The translations under genes were made by a program, and so were the position numbers. Under the pieces are notes generated by a model that saw only the letters and a program-made list of their open reading frames with translations, ran no database searches and had not been told where the DNA came from. Below, in pieces: positions 39,184-49,554 of a DNA stretch of 49,554 nucleotides (the stretch's first letter is position 1; every line of letters starts with the position of its first letter). The stretch comes from a virus (Duplodnaviria; Heunggongvirae; Uroviricota; Caudoviricetes). Location of the stretch: the IMG/VR virus record IMGVR_UViG_3300028048_000043. One strand, written 5' to 3'.

Positions 39184-39534
39184 TTAAACATCTTCGTAAT
39201 CATCCGAATCTACATATCGAAATCCTTGGAATCCTTTTTGTGGAACAGGTTTCACGTAATGGAATTTTCCTGATCTACTGACATAATATCCGGTTTCCCA
39301 ACATTTTCCTGTCGTCGTGCAATTGAACGTTTTTCGTTCTCCGACTTCAACAATCGACATCCATCCCTTAACGTACCCGTCGTGGCAGATGTAGCACCTG
39401 TCTCCAACATTGATTTTTGGTTTTCCGCTAAGTTTGAAACTCATTATGCTTGAACCATCTTTAACGGTTTCAAGTTCAAGTTCATAATCAGACCATTTAT
39501 ATTTTTTCGGTAAAGTTATTAACAGCGCTTTCAT
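39184..39534 (-). CDS. hypothetical protein
   Basis: 116-aa ORF ending KGFQGFRY. Confidence 0.7.
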   Translation of the reverse strand: MKALLITLPKKYKWSDYELELETVKDGSSIMSFKLSGKPKINVGDRCYICHDGYVKGWMSIVEVGERKTFNCTTTGKCWETGYYVSRSGKFHYVKPVPQKGFQGFRYVDSDDYEDV

Positions 39535-40577
39535 TTGAAAAGTTTTTTAAGTGTTTCTATGTCTTCTTTTTTAAGATCTTTTTTCTTAGGTATCTCACAA
39601 TCAACTCGTATGATATAGTCTCCCTTGAATCTCGTGTCTCCTGGGTTGTTCGGGTCATCGAACCCCATACCATACATTCGAATCTCCTTTCCGGATTCTG
39701 TTCCAGCTTCAATGTGGATTTTCTTTTTTCCTCTTACATAAGGAATTTCAACATCAGCACCAAATACCATATCCGGGAATTTCATCTTCAAATTATACCT
39801 TAGATCACAACCATCCCTGTATAAACCGAATTGAGATTCTTCACAATGAACAACAACAATAAGGTTTCCAGGAACCCCGCGATGGGGTCCATCGTTCCCC
39901 TTTCCTTTGATAACAAAATATCCATTGTTTGGCATTCCTGATGGAATATCAAACTCGACATCGGATGTTCCACTCTCAAGGCCAGTTCCGTGACAGTTTT
40001 CACACTGATCTTTTATTATCTGACCTGTGCCGTGACAATGTGGACATGGATAGCGGCGTTCAATTATACTGTTTCCTTGTCTAATTGTTTCGTAAAACAT
40101 ACCGGTTCCATGGCAGTGTGGACATGGTTCGGTTTCGTTTGTCTCACTTCCTGAGCCGCTGCATCTGTGACAAGTACACAACTTTGATACGGAAATCTTT
40201 TTGTGCGTGCCATAGAACATTTCCTCGAAAGATATGTTCACGTCTATCTTTATATCGTCTCCTCTTTCAACGACTCTTGTGTTTCCTTGTCTCCTTGCTT
40301 TACCAAAAAAATCTCCAAACGGGAATCCATCAAACGGATCCTCTTGTTGAATCTCTGCTTCGTCAGCTGTGCCATATCTGTCATACATTTCTTTCTTCTT
40401 TGGATCAGAAAGAACAGAATACGCCTCGTTTATTTCCTTAAACTTGTCTTCTGCATCCGGCTCTTTTGAAATGTCCGGGTGATATTTTTTTGAGAGAGCC
40501 CTAAAAGCGTTTTTTATTTCTTTGTCCGATGCGTTTCTACTTACACCGAGAACATCGTAATAATTTTTATCTAACAT
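39531..40577 (-). CDS. dnaJ: DnaJ chaperone
   Basis: J domain with HPD, four CxxCxGxG repeats. Confidence 0.96.
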   Translation of the reverse strand: MLDKNYYDVLGVSRNASDKEIKNAFRALSKKYHPDISKEPDAEDKFKEINEAYSVLSDPKKKEMYDRYGTADEAEIQQEDPFDGFPFGDFFGKARRQGNTRVVERGDDIKIDVNISFEEMFYGTHKKISVSKLCTCHRCSGSGSETNETEPCPHCHGTGMFYETIRQGNSIIERRYPCPHCHGTGQIIKDQCENCHGTGLESGTSDVEFDIPSGMPNNGYFVIKGKGNDGPHRGVPGNLIVVVHCEESQFGLYRDGCDLRYNLKMKFPDMVFGADVEIPYVRGKKKIHIEAGTESGKEIRMYGMGFDDPNNPGDTRFKGDYIIRVDCEIPKKKDLKKEDIETLKKLFK

Positions 40578-40607
40578 AATAAATGTTATTTTACCTCCTT
40601 TAATTTT

Positions 40608-40766
40608 TTAAATAATGTCAACTGATATGATATGGATATTTTTATATCCAATAACTTTATTCGTTTGATTGCCATTTTCGTCTATTTCATATACAGGTTC
40701 ACCTCCCATCCTTGGTAATAACTTTGGCTGTGAGAAATTGGTGTGTGACGCAGAGATTCTCGACAC
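40608..40766 (-). pseudogene. 3' part of small gene interrupted by the IS607 element (5' part 43150-43200)
   Basis: Removing the element fuses MFRFLRRLRQRLCRHNW to VSRISASHTNF...VDII in frame. Confidence 0.75.
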
Positions 40767-40779
40767 CGTATAAAGAAAC

Positions 40780-42027
40780 TTATAAAAACCTATGAGTTTC
40801 AATTTCTTGCTTCAACCTATCACTACTTTTTAGTGCCTCATTGCTGAGTCTGTCATCCATAGTTGGATAGTCCACAAGCGTAAATTCGGGAGTACGGCTC
40901 CCTATTATTCTTAAACCTTCTTCAAGTATATTCAACGCAGCATTGTAATCTCGTTCAATAATTTCTCCACAAACAGGACAAACCCACTGTCTGTCACTTA
41001 ATTTAAGTTCCTTATTGATATAACCACAATTATGACATGTCTTACTTGAAGGATAGAATCTGTCAACATAAACTATATCTCTTCCATACCATAATGCTTT
41101 ATATTCAAGCATCCTTCTGAATTCGCTGAAGTTCATTTCTGATATGGATTCTGCCAGTTTATGATTCTTAACCATCCCCTTCACATTTAAATCTTCCATT
41201 ACTATGACTTGGTTCTCATCAAGCAATGCGTTTGATACTTTATGGAGATAGTTAAGTTTACGATTCCTTATTTTTTCATTCAATTTAGCAAGCCTAGTCC
41301 TTGCTTTATTTCTATTGTTGCTTCCTTTCTGCTTTCTTGAAAGTTGTCTTTGCAATTTCTTTAGTTTGTTTTCTTCAGATTTCTTGAAATGAAGATTACC
41401 AAAGCATTCACCATCTGAAGTTACAAGAAAATCCTTAATGCCAAAATCAATTCCAATGGCACTATCAGTTGCTTTTAATTTCTTCCTGAAATCGCCATCA
41501 ACAAGAATTGAAAGGTAATATTTCTCAGAACAATTTCGTGATAGTGTGGCTGAACGGATTCCGCCTTTATTCTTCACAAGATAATTCGTATATTCATTAG
41601 AGCATTTAAACTTAATGTTACGGATGTTGGCAAGTGATAATTTATGTGTTGAATAATCATTTCTTTTTGATATCGCCTCCAAAGGAAATCTACATGACTG
41701 CTTATTATCATGCTTTGATTTGAACTTCGGAAATCCTTTGTGCTCATTAAAGAAATGAGAATAAGCATCCAATAAATCACGAATGGATTGTTTCAACACC
41801 TTAGTATTCTGTTCCTGTAACCACGAATATTTCTCATCCTTTGTGAGTTCATTATGAAAGAAATATCCAAGAGTTGTTAGGTTTTCAGAAGTTTCGTTTT
41901 CTTTATATGTGTTTATTTTCTTTTCAAGGCATTGATTATAGACAAACCTATAACACCCAAGCAATTTGTTAATTTGCATTGCCTGTGTATTATTTGGATA
42001 TATCCTTATTTTCAACGCCTTTAACAT
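40780..42027 (-). CDS. tnpB: TnpB RNA-guided nuclease
   Basis: [36 protein letters not shown]. Confidence 0.96.
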   Translation of the reverse strand: MLKALKIRIYPNNTQAMQINKLLGCYRFVYNQCLEKKINTYKENETSENLTTLGYFFHNELTKDEKYSWLQEQNTKVLKQSIRDLLDAYSHFFNEHKGFPKFKSKHDNKQSCRFPLEAISKRNDYSTHKLSLANIRNIKFKCSNEYTNYLVKNKGGIRSATLSRNCSEKYYLSILVDGDFRKKLKATDSAIGIDFGIKDFLVTSDGECFGNLHFKKSEENKLKKLQRQLSRKQKGSNNRNKARTRLAKLNEKIRNRKLNYLHKVSNALLDENQVIVMEDLNVKGMVKNHKLAESISEMNFSEFRRMLEYKALWYGRDIVYVDRFYPSSKTCHNCGYINKELKLSDRQWVCPVCGEIIERDYNAALNILEEGLRIIGSRTPEFTLVDYPTMDDRLSNEALKSSDRLKQEIETHRFL

Positions 42028-42033
42028 ACAATA

Positions 42034-42225
42034 TTATTTCTCAACAAAATATTTACATTCCATCCTATCTTTTGATAGTGCACCAGAACTTCTTGCCGAA
42101 ACCATTCTATACATAGATTTAACATTGCATACGAGAATAATTTTCACTTCTCTTCTGCATTTCAAGCGGCTTTGATTATCCACTCTCCATCTACAATCTC
42201 TACATATAAAATCAAGTTTTGCCAT
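42034..42225 (-). CDS. small Cys-rich passenger protein between tnpA and tnpB
   Basis: MAKLDFICRDC...MECKYFVEK overlapping tnpA end. Confidence 0.55.
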   Translation of the reverse strand: MAKLDFICRDCRWRVDNQSRLKCRREVKIILVCNVKSMYRMVSARSSGALSKDRMECKYFVEK

Positions 42226-42826
42226 TTTTCTTTCTCCTTTCAGCACTTCGTTTTCCGTAGAATTTTCCACTGAAACTTGCCAATAAACTCATCATATCAG
42301 CAGCCAATTCTTCTGTGTCAGAAACATCCATACCATTTATTACAATAACCTCACAGCCATAACTCTCAAACATCTTTTTGATAAACTTGAATTGAAACCT
42401 GGTCAATCTGTCTTTATGCTCAATAACGAGTTTATTTACTTTCTTGTTTATTATCAAATCCGTCAACCTAACAAATCCGCTTCTGTTATCATTTAATCCA
42501 CTCCCAACATCTTTGATTATGTGGGTGACAGTCCATTTTTTCTTTGCACAGTATTCAGAAAGTCTTTGTGACTGTCTATCCAAATCTCCTTTCTGTTTCT
42601 GTTCATTTGAACTTACTCGTGCATATGTTGCCACACAATCAACAGGTTTTTCAATTTCCTTTACTAAACCAAGAAATTTGTCCAAATCTTCAATCCTGTA
42701 TCTTCTATGTCCACCAGCGGTTTTAAGCGGTTTTAATTTTCCGCTTTTATCCCATAGACGGAGAGTATCATCAGACACATTTAGATATTCTGATGCTTGT
42801 TTTATATTTAGCAATCTCTCTGCCAT
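42212..42826 (-). CDS. tnpA: IS607 serine transposase
   Basis: N-terminal MerR-like HTH, YARVSS, GSGLN, EHKDRLTRF. Confidence 0.96.
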   Translation of the reverse strand: MAERLLNIKQASEYLNVSDDTLRLWDKSGKLKPLKTAGGHRRYRIEDLDKFLGLVKEIEKPVDCVATYARVSSNEQKQKGDLDRQSQRLSEYCAKKKWTVTHIIKDVGSGLNDNRSGFVRLTDLIINKKVNKLVIEHKDRLTRFQFKFIKKMFESYGCEVIVINGMDVSDTEELAADMMSLLASFSGKFYGKRSAERRKKNGKT

Positions 42827-42828
42827 GA

Positions 42829-43050
42829 TTAAAACTCACCATTATCAATTTTATTAAGGGTGCTAACCACTAACGCCTGTGCATTGTCTAACAACTTCTG
42901 AAATTCTTCAGCAGTAATATTATCATCAACTTCAAAAGTGTGTTCATATATGTCACCATTCTCTAATCTATAATGGTCTTTTGTAACTTCAACTACCTTC
43001 AACTTCATTTCTCTGAGTTTCTTTGTTACTGTATTTATTTTCGTTTTCAT
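42829..43050 (-). CDS. small passenger protein at the IS607 left end
   Basis: MKTKINTV...LKVVEVTKDHYRLENGDIYEH. Confidence 0.6.
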   Translation of the reverse strand: MKTKINTVTKKLREMKLKVVEVTKDHYRLENGDIYEHTFEVDDNITAEEFQKLLDNAQALVVSTLNKIDNGEF

Positions 43051-43256
43051 ATATAAATAGTTTAAACAACGCAAAAATACGAAAAAACTTTCATAAAAAC
43101 AAATAGTTTATCGTACTTTTTAATAAATTTTTGTTTAACAGTTAACAACCCAGTTGTGTCTACATAACCGTTGACGCAATCTCCTTAAAAATCTAAACAT
43201 ATTGTATATGTTCTATTATCAGATTTTCGCGTTTCTGCGTTTACTTTATAATTGAA

Positions 43257-43547
43257 CTAATTGTTTAACTTATCAAGGATTTCTTGTGCAAGCGAATTTG
43301 CCCTCTCCAAACATTTAAGATGTTCGCGTAGTTCAAGACAAGGCGGTTGGTCGTCTTTTGTAAGTTTGCTTATAGGGACATCTTTATATTTTTCAAACCA
43401 CGCAATCATCACATCATTACATTTCGTACAATGATGTGGAATTTCTTTCGTAACAGGTTCAAACACACCCTTAACCACCTCTCTCTTTCCAACTACTTTT
43501 ATATCAGCAGGTATGAAGCGTTTGCAATCTAAACAGGTATAAATCAT
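43257..43547 (-). CDS. hypothetical protein
   Basis: 96-aa Cys-containing ORF. Confidence 0.65.
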   Translation of the reverse strand: MIYTCLDCKRFIPADIKVVGKREVVKGVFEPVTKEIPHHCTKCNDVMIAWFEKYKDVPISKLTKDDQPPCLELREHLKCLERANSLAQEILDKLNN

Positions 43548-43572
43548 AATCGTATTGTTTATAAATGTTAAA

Positions 43573-43830
43573 CTAACTCGTTATTATTGAATCTAGCGCA
43601 TCCACTACATAATCTAATTCATGCTCATTACACCAGTTTTTTGAATTGCACAATCTTGTCTTTATTAACACAGTACAATTCATACCTTCAGCATGTGCAT
43701 TAAAACCAAAAGCTTTAGTATTATTTCTACTATTTCTACCCTCATCAACAGCATTTGGCATATATGCAGATTTAGCAAATATTAACATGTTTTTTCTCCT
43801 AATAATCTCTAAGTTTAATAATTTCTTCAA
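43573..43830 (-). CDS. hypothetical protein
   Basis: ORF in a co-directional run; start may be MLIFA. Confidence 0.55.
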   Translation of the reverse strand: MKKLLNLEIIRRKNMLIFAKSAYMPNAVDEGRNSRNNTKAFGFNAHAEGMNCTVLIKTRLCNSKNWCNEHELDYVVDALDSIITS

Positions 43831-44161
43831 ACTCTTCTTTAGTAGGTTTTCTACCAGCTTCTTTACATTCTTTAATTAACTTTTCAAGAGCTATTACATC
43901 AGGATGTTTCTCAAAGGGAACATCAAGCATTACGGAAGGATAAAGAAAACAAAAAGAATCTTTACCACTATACTGCTGAGCATTTTCAAGAAAATATCCT
44001 TGCTCTTCAATAAGATACCCTCTACAAGGCATCTCATTATATGTATATAGAATATCTTCAAGAGGAGTTTCTGGAGTAATATCAAAATACTTCTCTATAA
44101 AAACTGGTTTACGACCATTCTTTGTAAAGAACTCAATAAGTTTTTGTGAATATTGTGTCAT
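43799..44161 (-). CDS. hypothetical protein
   Basis: 120-aa ORF. Confidence 0.65.
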   Translation of the reverse strand: MTQYSQKLIEFFTKNGRKPVFIEKYFDITPETPLEDILYTYNEMPCRGYLIEEQGYFLENAQQYSGKDSFCFLYPSVMLDVPFEKHPDVIALEKLIKECKEAGRKPTKEEFEEIIKLRDY

Positions 44162-44400
44162 AATTCTTTATTAATTATTAGGAAATGATATACTTGTTTA
44201 CACCAAAAATGTATATCCTTTCTCTCGCAAGTCCTTAAACTTTTGTTCAAGTTCATTTCTGGAAACCCAAATACCATTGTCCCTAATTTCTATCTGATCT
44301 AACTCAAATTTCATAATAATTATAATTTCATTGCAAATATACCTAAAAGAAACGAAACTTCCAAATTTAAATAAAAATATCGCCACAAGTGTAGCGACAT

Positions 44401-44841
44401 TTAATATCTTATCTTTCCAATGTACTGAAATTCAGGTTCGAATATCGTATCAAACGTCGGCGCATTCAGCAACAATTTGTTCCTTAACGAATGTTTTATC
44501 ATTTCAAAAGAATCCCTCGCCGTCAATCCTGACTGCAACAACGGAATCATAAACGAGAATCTGAACGTAGCTATACTCAGATATTCATAATACCTCAAAA
44601 CTATTATTATCTGAGTGTTATCATTCAGCTTTGATACGTCGAACTGATCCTTTTCCTTCTTTATGTCGAAATTCTCGAACCCAGGAAACAGAAGTTTTCC
44701 AGGATCCTGAAGAAGATTGGAAGTCTCTATTTCGAAGTCAACCCTGTTGTCAACTTTAAGTAATGGGTTCTCATCCGGTCTTTCCGTGTCCGGAGATTCC
44801 TTTCTCTGACCTTTCAGTTTCTTTGCTTTCTCGGTTGCCAT
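44401..44841 (-). CDS. hypothetical protein
   Basis: 146-aa ORF coupled to dam stop. Confidence 0.7.
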   Translation of the reverse strand: MATEKAKKLKGQRKESPDTERPDENPLLKVDNRVDFEIETSNLLQDPGKLLFPGFENFDIKKEKDQFDVSKLNDNTQIIIVLRYYEYLSIATFRFSFMIPLLQSGLTARDSFEMIKHSLRNKLLLNAPTFDTIFEPEFQYIGKIRY

Positions 44842-45770
44842 TAAAATAATGCTTCGCTTTCTTTTTTCTCATTATAAATAAGAACCTCGTCGACTTCGCC
44901 TCGTTTTGAACCGATGGAATTTATGTTTCTTCTCGCTTTCACGATATCAACATGGTAGTCTGAATATAATTTCTCGAAGAAATCTCCAGACTTTGAATTG
45001 CTCTGAACGAATTTACCTCCACATGAGTTTACATAATCACAAAAGCAGGACAGCCTTATCTGTTCATTATCGTCAAAACCGCCGCTCGTGTAATTTACAA
45101 ATGAAGACGATTCAGACACTGGTCTATATGGAGGATCGATATAAAATATCACATCAGATTTTTCAACCCTAGCTAAATCAAAAGCCATTTCCGTTTTTGC
45201 GTAATCGTCATTCATTATGATTACCTTTTCATTCAACAACACATGACACCTATCGAGATTTTCTTCATCGAAAAGATTGACGTAGGTTTTCTGCCCCCAG
45301 GGTATGTTATATTCTCCTTTTGAGTTTACTCTGTACATTCCATTAAACCCGCACTTGTTCAAGAATATGAAAAGTGCAGACTGTCTGATTATGTTTGTTC
45401 CTGGATTTTTAATCAATTCATTGAATTCGTCCCTGAACTGAAGATATAAACGTTTCTTATCTTCCTGGTCTCTCCAGCTTACGTTGTAATCCTTTTCGAG
45501 TTCAAGGAGAGTTTCTTTCAACAGAAGATATTGATCGTTATCAGCTATTACCCTATAACAATCAATAAGAGGTTTGTTCAAATCGTTTATGATCGCGCAT
45601 TTTAGATTTGAACAATTATCGAGCATATGAAACAGGACTGAACCACCACCAACAAAAGGTTCTACGTAAACAAATGAGTTTGAATCGCTTCGCATAGAAT
45701 CTATTACAGACATTATGTCAGGAATAAGCTGTGTTTTTCCGCCTGCCCATTTTAAAAAAGGTTTTGCCAT
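44841..45770 (-). CDS. dam: Dam-family DNA adenine methyltransferase
   Basis: KPFLKWAGGK, YVEPFVGGG, FNGMYRVN, YIDPPY. Confidence 0.95.
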   Translation of the reverse strand: MAKPFLKWAGGKTQLIPDIMSVIDSMRSDSNSFVYVEPFVGGGSVLFHMLDNCSNLKCAIINDLNKPLIDCYRVIADNDQYLLLKETLLELEKDYNVSWRDQEDKKRLYLQFRDEFNELIKNPGTNIIRQSALFIFLNKCGFNGMYRVNSKGEYNIPWGQKTYVNLFDEENLDRCHVLLNEKVIIMNDDYAKTEMAFDLARVEKSDVIFYIDPPYRPVSESSSFVNYTSGGFDDNEQIRLSCFCDYVNSCGGKFVQSNSKSGDFFEKLYSDYHVDIVKARRNINSIGSKRGEVDEVLIYNEKKESEALF

Positions 45771-45867
45771 CTATAAAATATTATACGATTTGTTTTGCAA
45801 ATATACTGAAAAAATACTACATTTATAACAAAATATAAACAAACAACACATTAAAACAAGAAGAAAT

Positions 45868-46473
45868 ATGATTTATGCTTATGTAAGAGTTTCCACAGAG
45901 AAACAATCTCTTGAAGTCCAACATTATGAAATTACAAAATATTGTGAATCAAGAGGGATGGAGATAAACATGTATGTCGAAGAAAAGGTATCCGGAACAG
46001 TGGATTTCAAATTGAGAGGGTTGAACAAGATTATGAAGAGGTGCAAGCCTGGAGACGTTGTTGTCATAACAGAGATTTCAAGAATAGGGAGAAGTATGAT
46101 CGGGATATTTGAAGCCGTTGAATATTTCATAAAGAAAAAAGTAACTCTGATATCGTTGAAAGAAGGATTCGTTTTGGATAACGACAAACCAGTCTCCAAA
46201 CTGATAGTATCAGTATTTGCTTTCCTTGCAGAATCTGAAAGAACTATGATTTGCGAGAGAACGAGAGAAGGTCTTGAAAAGAGAAAAAGGGATGGAATAA
46301 AATTAGGACGTCCTGTTGGCGCAAAAAGTAGTCACTACAAAACGGATGAAAGAAAAGATGACATTATCAAATGGCTAAAGAAAGAAGTTCCAAAAACTAA
46401 GATAGCAAAACGATGCAAAGTTAATGTTTCATCAATATACGCTTTTATGAAGAGAGAAGGCATAAGTTTATAA
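45868..46473 (+). CDS. serine recombinase (resolvase/invertase family)
   Basis: YAYVRVST, SG, SRIGRS, AESER..ERT..GL, GRP, C-terminal HTH. Confidence 0.95.
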   Translation: MIYAYVRVSTEKQSLEVQHYEITKYCESRGMEINMYVEEKVSGTVDFKLRGLNKIMKRCKPGDVVVITEISRIGRSMIGIFEAVEYFIKKKVTLISLKEGFVLDNDKPVSKLIVSVFAFLAESERTMICERTREGLEKRKRDGIKLGRPVGAKSSHYKTDERKDDIIKWLKKEVPKTKIAKRCKVNVSSIYAFMKREGISL

Positions 46474-46498
46474 TTTATGTAATGAAAATAATCGAAAG

Positions 46499-46666
46499 AA
46501 TGCTTTCGAAATAATGCAGAATGGTGAGATTTATATTTGTGGCGTTGGTGGCTATGATGGAACAAATCCTATTCCGCATGACGAAGTCGGTGCAAATTCA
46601 TTACAATCCGTTTTAGATGGTGCCGGTATTCCTGTTGATTGGGCAAAGCTTGGTTATGTATCTTAA
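46499..46666 (+). other. silent alternative C-terminal cassette for the 46703-48427 fibre
   Basis: Reads NAFEIMQNGEIYICGVGGYDGTNPIPHDEVGANSLQSVLDGAGIPVDWAKLGYVS-stop. Confidence 0.85.
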
Positions 46667-46698
46667 TAAAAAAGGTCTCTTGCACAAGAGACCTTTTA
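46667..46698. terminator. bidirectional terminator inside the invertible segment
   Basis: AAAAGGTCTCTTG-CA-CAAGAGACCTTTT. Confidence 0.85.
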
Positions 46699-46702
46699 AT
46701 TT

Positions 46703-48427
46703 TTAGTATCCTAATTTAGACCAGTCTACTGAATTTGGACTGATTGTTTCAAACAACGCTTGTATAGATCTCGTCTTATCCGGATTTGTTCCATCGTATC
46801 CGTTTACACCAATGATAAACGCGAGTCCATTCTGCATTATTTCGAAAGCATTTTTAAGGTAATTAAGTGATGTACCGATACCTACTGAATGCTGAGTATT
46901 ACCAGCATCTCCATAATTTTTAGATGCTTTATTAGACTTATTATAGCTACCTTCAGCATGCTCTGAGGAGTTTTGTGCTTCTGTATGACTACCTTCTACA
47001 TGCGAAGCCCAGTTCTTAGCTCGTGTTTCATAACCCTCAGCATGAGAGTGAGGACCAGTCGTTTCAGAACACGTACCCTCAGTATGGGAGTGTAATCCAT
47101 CTGCTTTAGTGCCTCTACCCTCTGCATGAGATGCCAATCCATTTGCTTGTGTACCTTTTCCTTCAGCATGTGAGCTATTACCATATGCTCTGGTTCCATT
47201 TCCTTCAGCGTGAGTGAAATAACCAGCAGTTTCGTCACTATTTGCTTCCTGTTTCTCATCAGTACCAGCAACTGTTTGATAGCCTTCTGCATGCGACGAA
47301 TGTCCTTGTGCAATAGTAGTTCTATTTTCAGCATGTGAGAAATTGCCAGTTGCTTTAGAACCATTGCCTTCTGCATGACTTCTTGCACCTGACGCAATTG
47401 TAGAAAGTCCTTCAGCATGTGCTTGTAAACCACTTGCATCAGTGTTGTTTCCTTCAGAGTGCGCACCATTGCTAGATGCTATTGTGCCACTACCTTCTGC
47501 ATGAGAATTTTCTCCACTGGCAATACTGCCATTGCCTTCTGCATGAGCTCTATTTGCAATAGCCTGTGTGTTTATTCCTTCTGCATGAGATTGAGGAGCA
47601 CTAGCTATTGTTTTACTACCTTCTGCATGACTTGAATGATTAGATGCTAGAGTATTTGTTCCTTCCGCATGTGCAGCCTGACCATTGGCAATTGACGCAT
47701 TTCCTTCTGCATGAGAATATCCTCCAGCAACAGTTCCTGTAGTTCTTGAATTTGTAGTATCACTTCCTCCAGTTTTTGTATTGTATCCTTCAGCATGAGA
47801 CCTTGCAGCAGAAGCTTCTGACAATTCTCCTTCAGCATGCGAACCCCAGCCTTCAGCTACAGTTTTAAGACCTTCTGCGTGGTCATTAGCATTACGTCCA
47901 ATAGTTTCATAACCTTCCGTATGAGAACCATCACCGAGTGCTTCAGTCAATAAGCCCTCTGCATGTGAACGAGACCCTTTTGCATAGGTATGAGAACCCT
48001 CCGCATGAGAATAAGCTCCTTCGGCAGTAGGAACAGTTTTCTTTCCTTCTACAATACTATCACCGCCTCCCTCAGCATGCGAATATCTGCCAATAGCATG
48101 TGCTGCTCCCTCAGAGTGAGAAGCATAACCCTCCGCTTTTGAAAAAAGTTTTTCTTCACCACTTGCAGGAGAACCCCCTTGAATATTATCTCCGCCTTCA
48201 GCATGGCTATATGATCCTATTGCATGAGCAGCACCTTCCGCATAAGAATAATCTCCAGATGCTATTGTACGATAACCAACAGCAACAGCGCCTAAACCAG
48301 ACGATGATGCGTCATAGCCTTTTTGAACAAATCCTCCGTTTGCTCCAGATTCAAATATTGAACTGTCAGCGTATACATCTATATATGATGCACCCGATTT
48401 CTTTTTGAAATGTATTTTGTTTGACAT
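46703..48427 (-). CDS. tail fibre/adhesin with YadA-head-like SHAEG 14-residue repeats
   Basis: More than 20 T.A....SHAEG repeats followed by HSVGIG..KNAFEI..G.YDGTNP. Confidence 0.82.
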   Translation of the reverse strand: MSNKIHFKKKSGASYIDVYADSSIFESGANGGFVQKGYDASSSGLGAVAVGYRTIASGDYSYAEGAAHAIGSYSHAEGGDNIQGGSPASGEEKLFSKAEGYASHSEGAAHAIGRYSHAEGGGDSIVEGKKTVPTAEGAYSHAEGSHTYAKGSRSHAEGLLTEALGDGSHTEGYETIGRNANDHAEGLKTVAEGWGSHAEGELSEASAARSHAEGYNTKTGGSDTTNSRTTGTVAGGYSHAEGNASIANGQAAHAEGTNTLASNHSSHAEGSKTIASAPQSHAEGINTQAIANRAHAEGNGSIASGENSHAEGSGTIASSNGAHSEGNNTDASGLQAHAEGLSTIASGARSHAEGNGSKATGNFSHAENRTTIAQGHSSHAEGYQTVAGTDEKQEANSDETAGYFTHAEGNGTRAYGNSSHAEGKGTQANGLASHAEGRGTKADGLHSHTEGTCSETTGPHSHAEGYETRAKNWASHVEGSHTEAQNSSEHAEGSYNKSNKASKNYGDAGNTQHSVGIGTSLNYLKNAFEIMQNGLAFIIGVNGYDGTNPDKTRSIQALFETISPNSVDWSKLGY

Positions 48428-48470
48428 TTATTTGGTTTTTTATATTTTTAAAATGATCCATTCTTTAAGG

Positions 48471-49554
48471 TTATTCTTTAAAAAGTTGAATGGTTGCATA
48501 ATCTGTATACACAGAAATAAACAAATCTTGAGAAAATCCTTGATGTCTATACGTAACAGTATAACATTCAACTACCCAATTTGCAATATGCGGTGTATAT
48601 ATCGCGTATGTGTTTGGTGTAATGCCACCACCTTTGTCAATCATTCCGTATACACAAATATTAAACCCGAATAACAGTCTCACATCAAGATAATTAACAT
48701 TTAACCCGCTCCCTTTATTAACAGCGCTAATAAAATCTTGTTCAGAAAAACTCGTATCTATTGTTTTCGAATCTATACTTTCTTCATCTGATATCATTCC
48801 TACATCAACAAATATAGTTTTATCATAAACATATATTGATAAATTGCTTGATTTTGCAACATATGCTTCATGCGGATATTCACGTTTAGAGTTAATTGTT
48901 TCTTGTATTGTTGATGCGTCAGTTCCAGCGTCAATGTCAATTATACCTTGATAATTTCCAACCCCATAAACATAAATGCTTCCGTCAGTGATAACATCAA
49001 CAGCATTTCGTCTATCAGAATCCGACTTTCCTATACCTATTGAATGGATCGATTTTCCATTTATCGTGGAATTATATCTTCCTCCAGCGTATCCGCCAGA
49101 AGTGTCTGCAACGGTTCCAATTCCTTCAGCGTGTGAAGAATAACCACTAGCAACAGTAGTATCTCCTTCGGCGTGTGAATGATCTCCTTTAGCAACAGTG
49201 AAAGATCCTTCTGCGTGCGAATCGGTTCCGCTTGCAGTAGTGTTATCTCCTTCGGCGTGCGAATGCTCTCCTTCAGAAGTAGTGTAATATCCTTCGGCGT
49301 GCGAATAGTTTCCTCTTGCAGTAGTAGTATCTCCTTCGGCGTGTGAATGATCTCCTTCAGCAGTAGTGAAATATCCTTCAGCAACAGAATATTCCCTTTT
49401 TGCTTCACTGCCAGAATTTCTTAAAACGGCACTTCCTGGACCAGCTCCAAAAACAAATGGATTGATCTGATCTTCATTAACCTCATCGAACGTAACACCG
49501 TCATAACTTCTGTATATAGTAAACACACCACCGTTACTTCTGTCTTTAAACGTT
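48471..49554 (-). CDS. second SHAEG-repeat fibre/adhesin (5' end outside window)
   Basis: Frame open to window edge; SHAEG repeats, HSIGIG..RRNAV. Confidence 0.8.
   Translation of the reverse strand, partial: TFKDRSNGGVFTIYRSYDGVTFDEVNEDQINPFVFGAGPGSAVLRNSGSEAKREYSVAEGYFTTAEGDHSHAEGDTTTARGNYSHAEGYYTTSEGEHSHAEGDNTTASGTDSHAEGSFTVAKGDHSHAEGDTTVASGYSSHAEGIGTVADTSGGYAGGRYNSTINGKSIHSIGIGKSDSDRRNAVDVITDGSIYVYGVGNYQGIIDIDAGTDASTIQETINSKREYPHEAYVAKSSNLSIYVYDKTIFVDVGMISDEESIDSKTIDTSFSEQDFISAVNKGSGLNVNYLDVRLLFGFNICVYGMIDKGGGITPNTYAIYTPHIANWVVECYTVTYRHQGFSQDLFISVYTDYATIQLFKE

Larger units (their letters stand above)
40766..43148 (-). mobile_element. IS607-family element (tnpA, tnpB, two small passenger ORFs)
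   Basis: GG dinucleotide at both junctions, no TIR/TSD, empty site reconstructs an ORF. Confidence 0.9.
46499..46852. other. invertible segment bounded by 26-bp inverted repeats (46499-46524, 46827-46852)
   Basis: AATGCTTTCGAAATAATGCAGAATGG on both strands; carries two alternative C-termini back to back. Confidence 0.88.

Noticed and set aside
46703-49554. Diversity-generating retroelement acting on the fibres
   Set aside because: No reverse transcriptase in the window, and the two C-termini differ by indels and non-adenine changes, fitting inversion instead.

Overview
Segment of a large (jumbo-type) phage genome, most likely infecting a Bacteroidota host (at least 16 copies of the TAnnTTTG promoter element; standard genetic code, since TAG ends the dUTPase and other ORFs normally). 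Almost everything is on the minus strand. About 3.0-24.0 kb is a huge RNA-gene array: about 23 conventional tRNAs, a tmRNA, a GOLLD-like giant ncRNA, several unidentified large structured RNAs and many architecturally aberrant tRNA-like genes, interspersed with homing endonucleases, glycosyltransferases, a GNAT and a PTH2-like hydrolase. The most striking signal is four tRNA genes (Gly-TCC, Val-TAC, Asn-GTT, Lys-TTT) split in the anticodon by inserts built the same way: a ~28-nt leader (conserved, pseudoknot-like in three) plus a nested anticodon-defective tRNA-like module whose 3' junction always lies 9 nt after the T-arm. These are the only copies of those isoacceptors in the window, and the window also encodes an Rnl2-type RNA ligase and end-healing phosphatase candidates. 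Other oddities: tRNA-Tyr and tRNA-Ile(TAT) whose D-arm half has moved into the variable arm, two ~200-nt CAT-anticodon tRNA-like RNAs with a giant D-loop insert, a possible amber suppressor with an in-frame TAG gene, an IS607 element plus a MITE and an orphan omega-RNA, and a serine invertase with 26-bp inverted repeats that can swap the C-terminal tip of a tail-fibre/adhesin. 24-49.5 kb holds TnpB, ClpP, dUTPase, radical SAM, AAA ATPase, DnaJ, Dam and SHAEG-repeat fibres. All RNA folds were done by eye; no searches were run.
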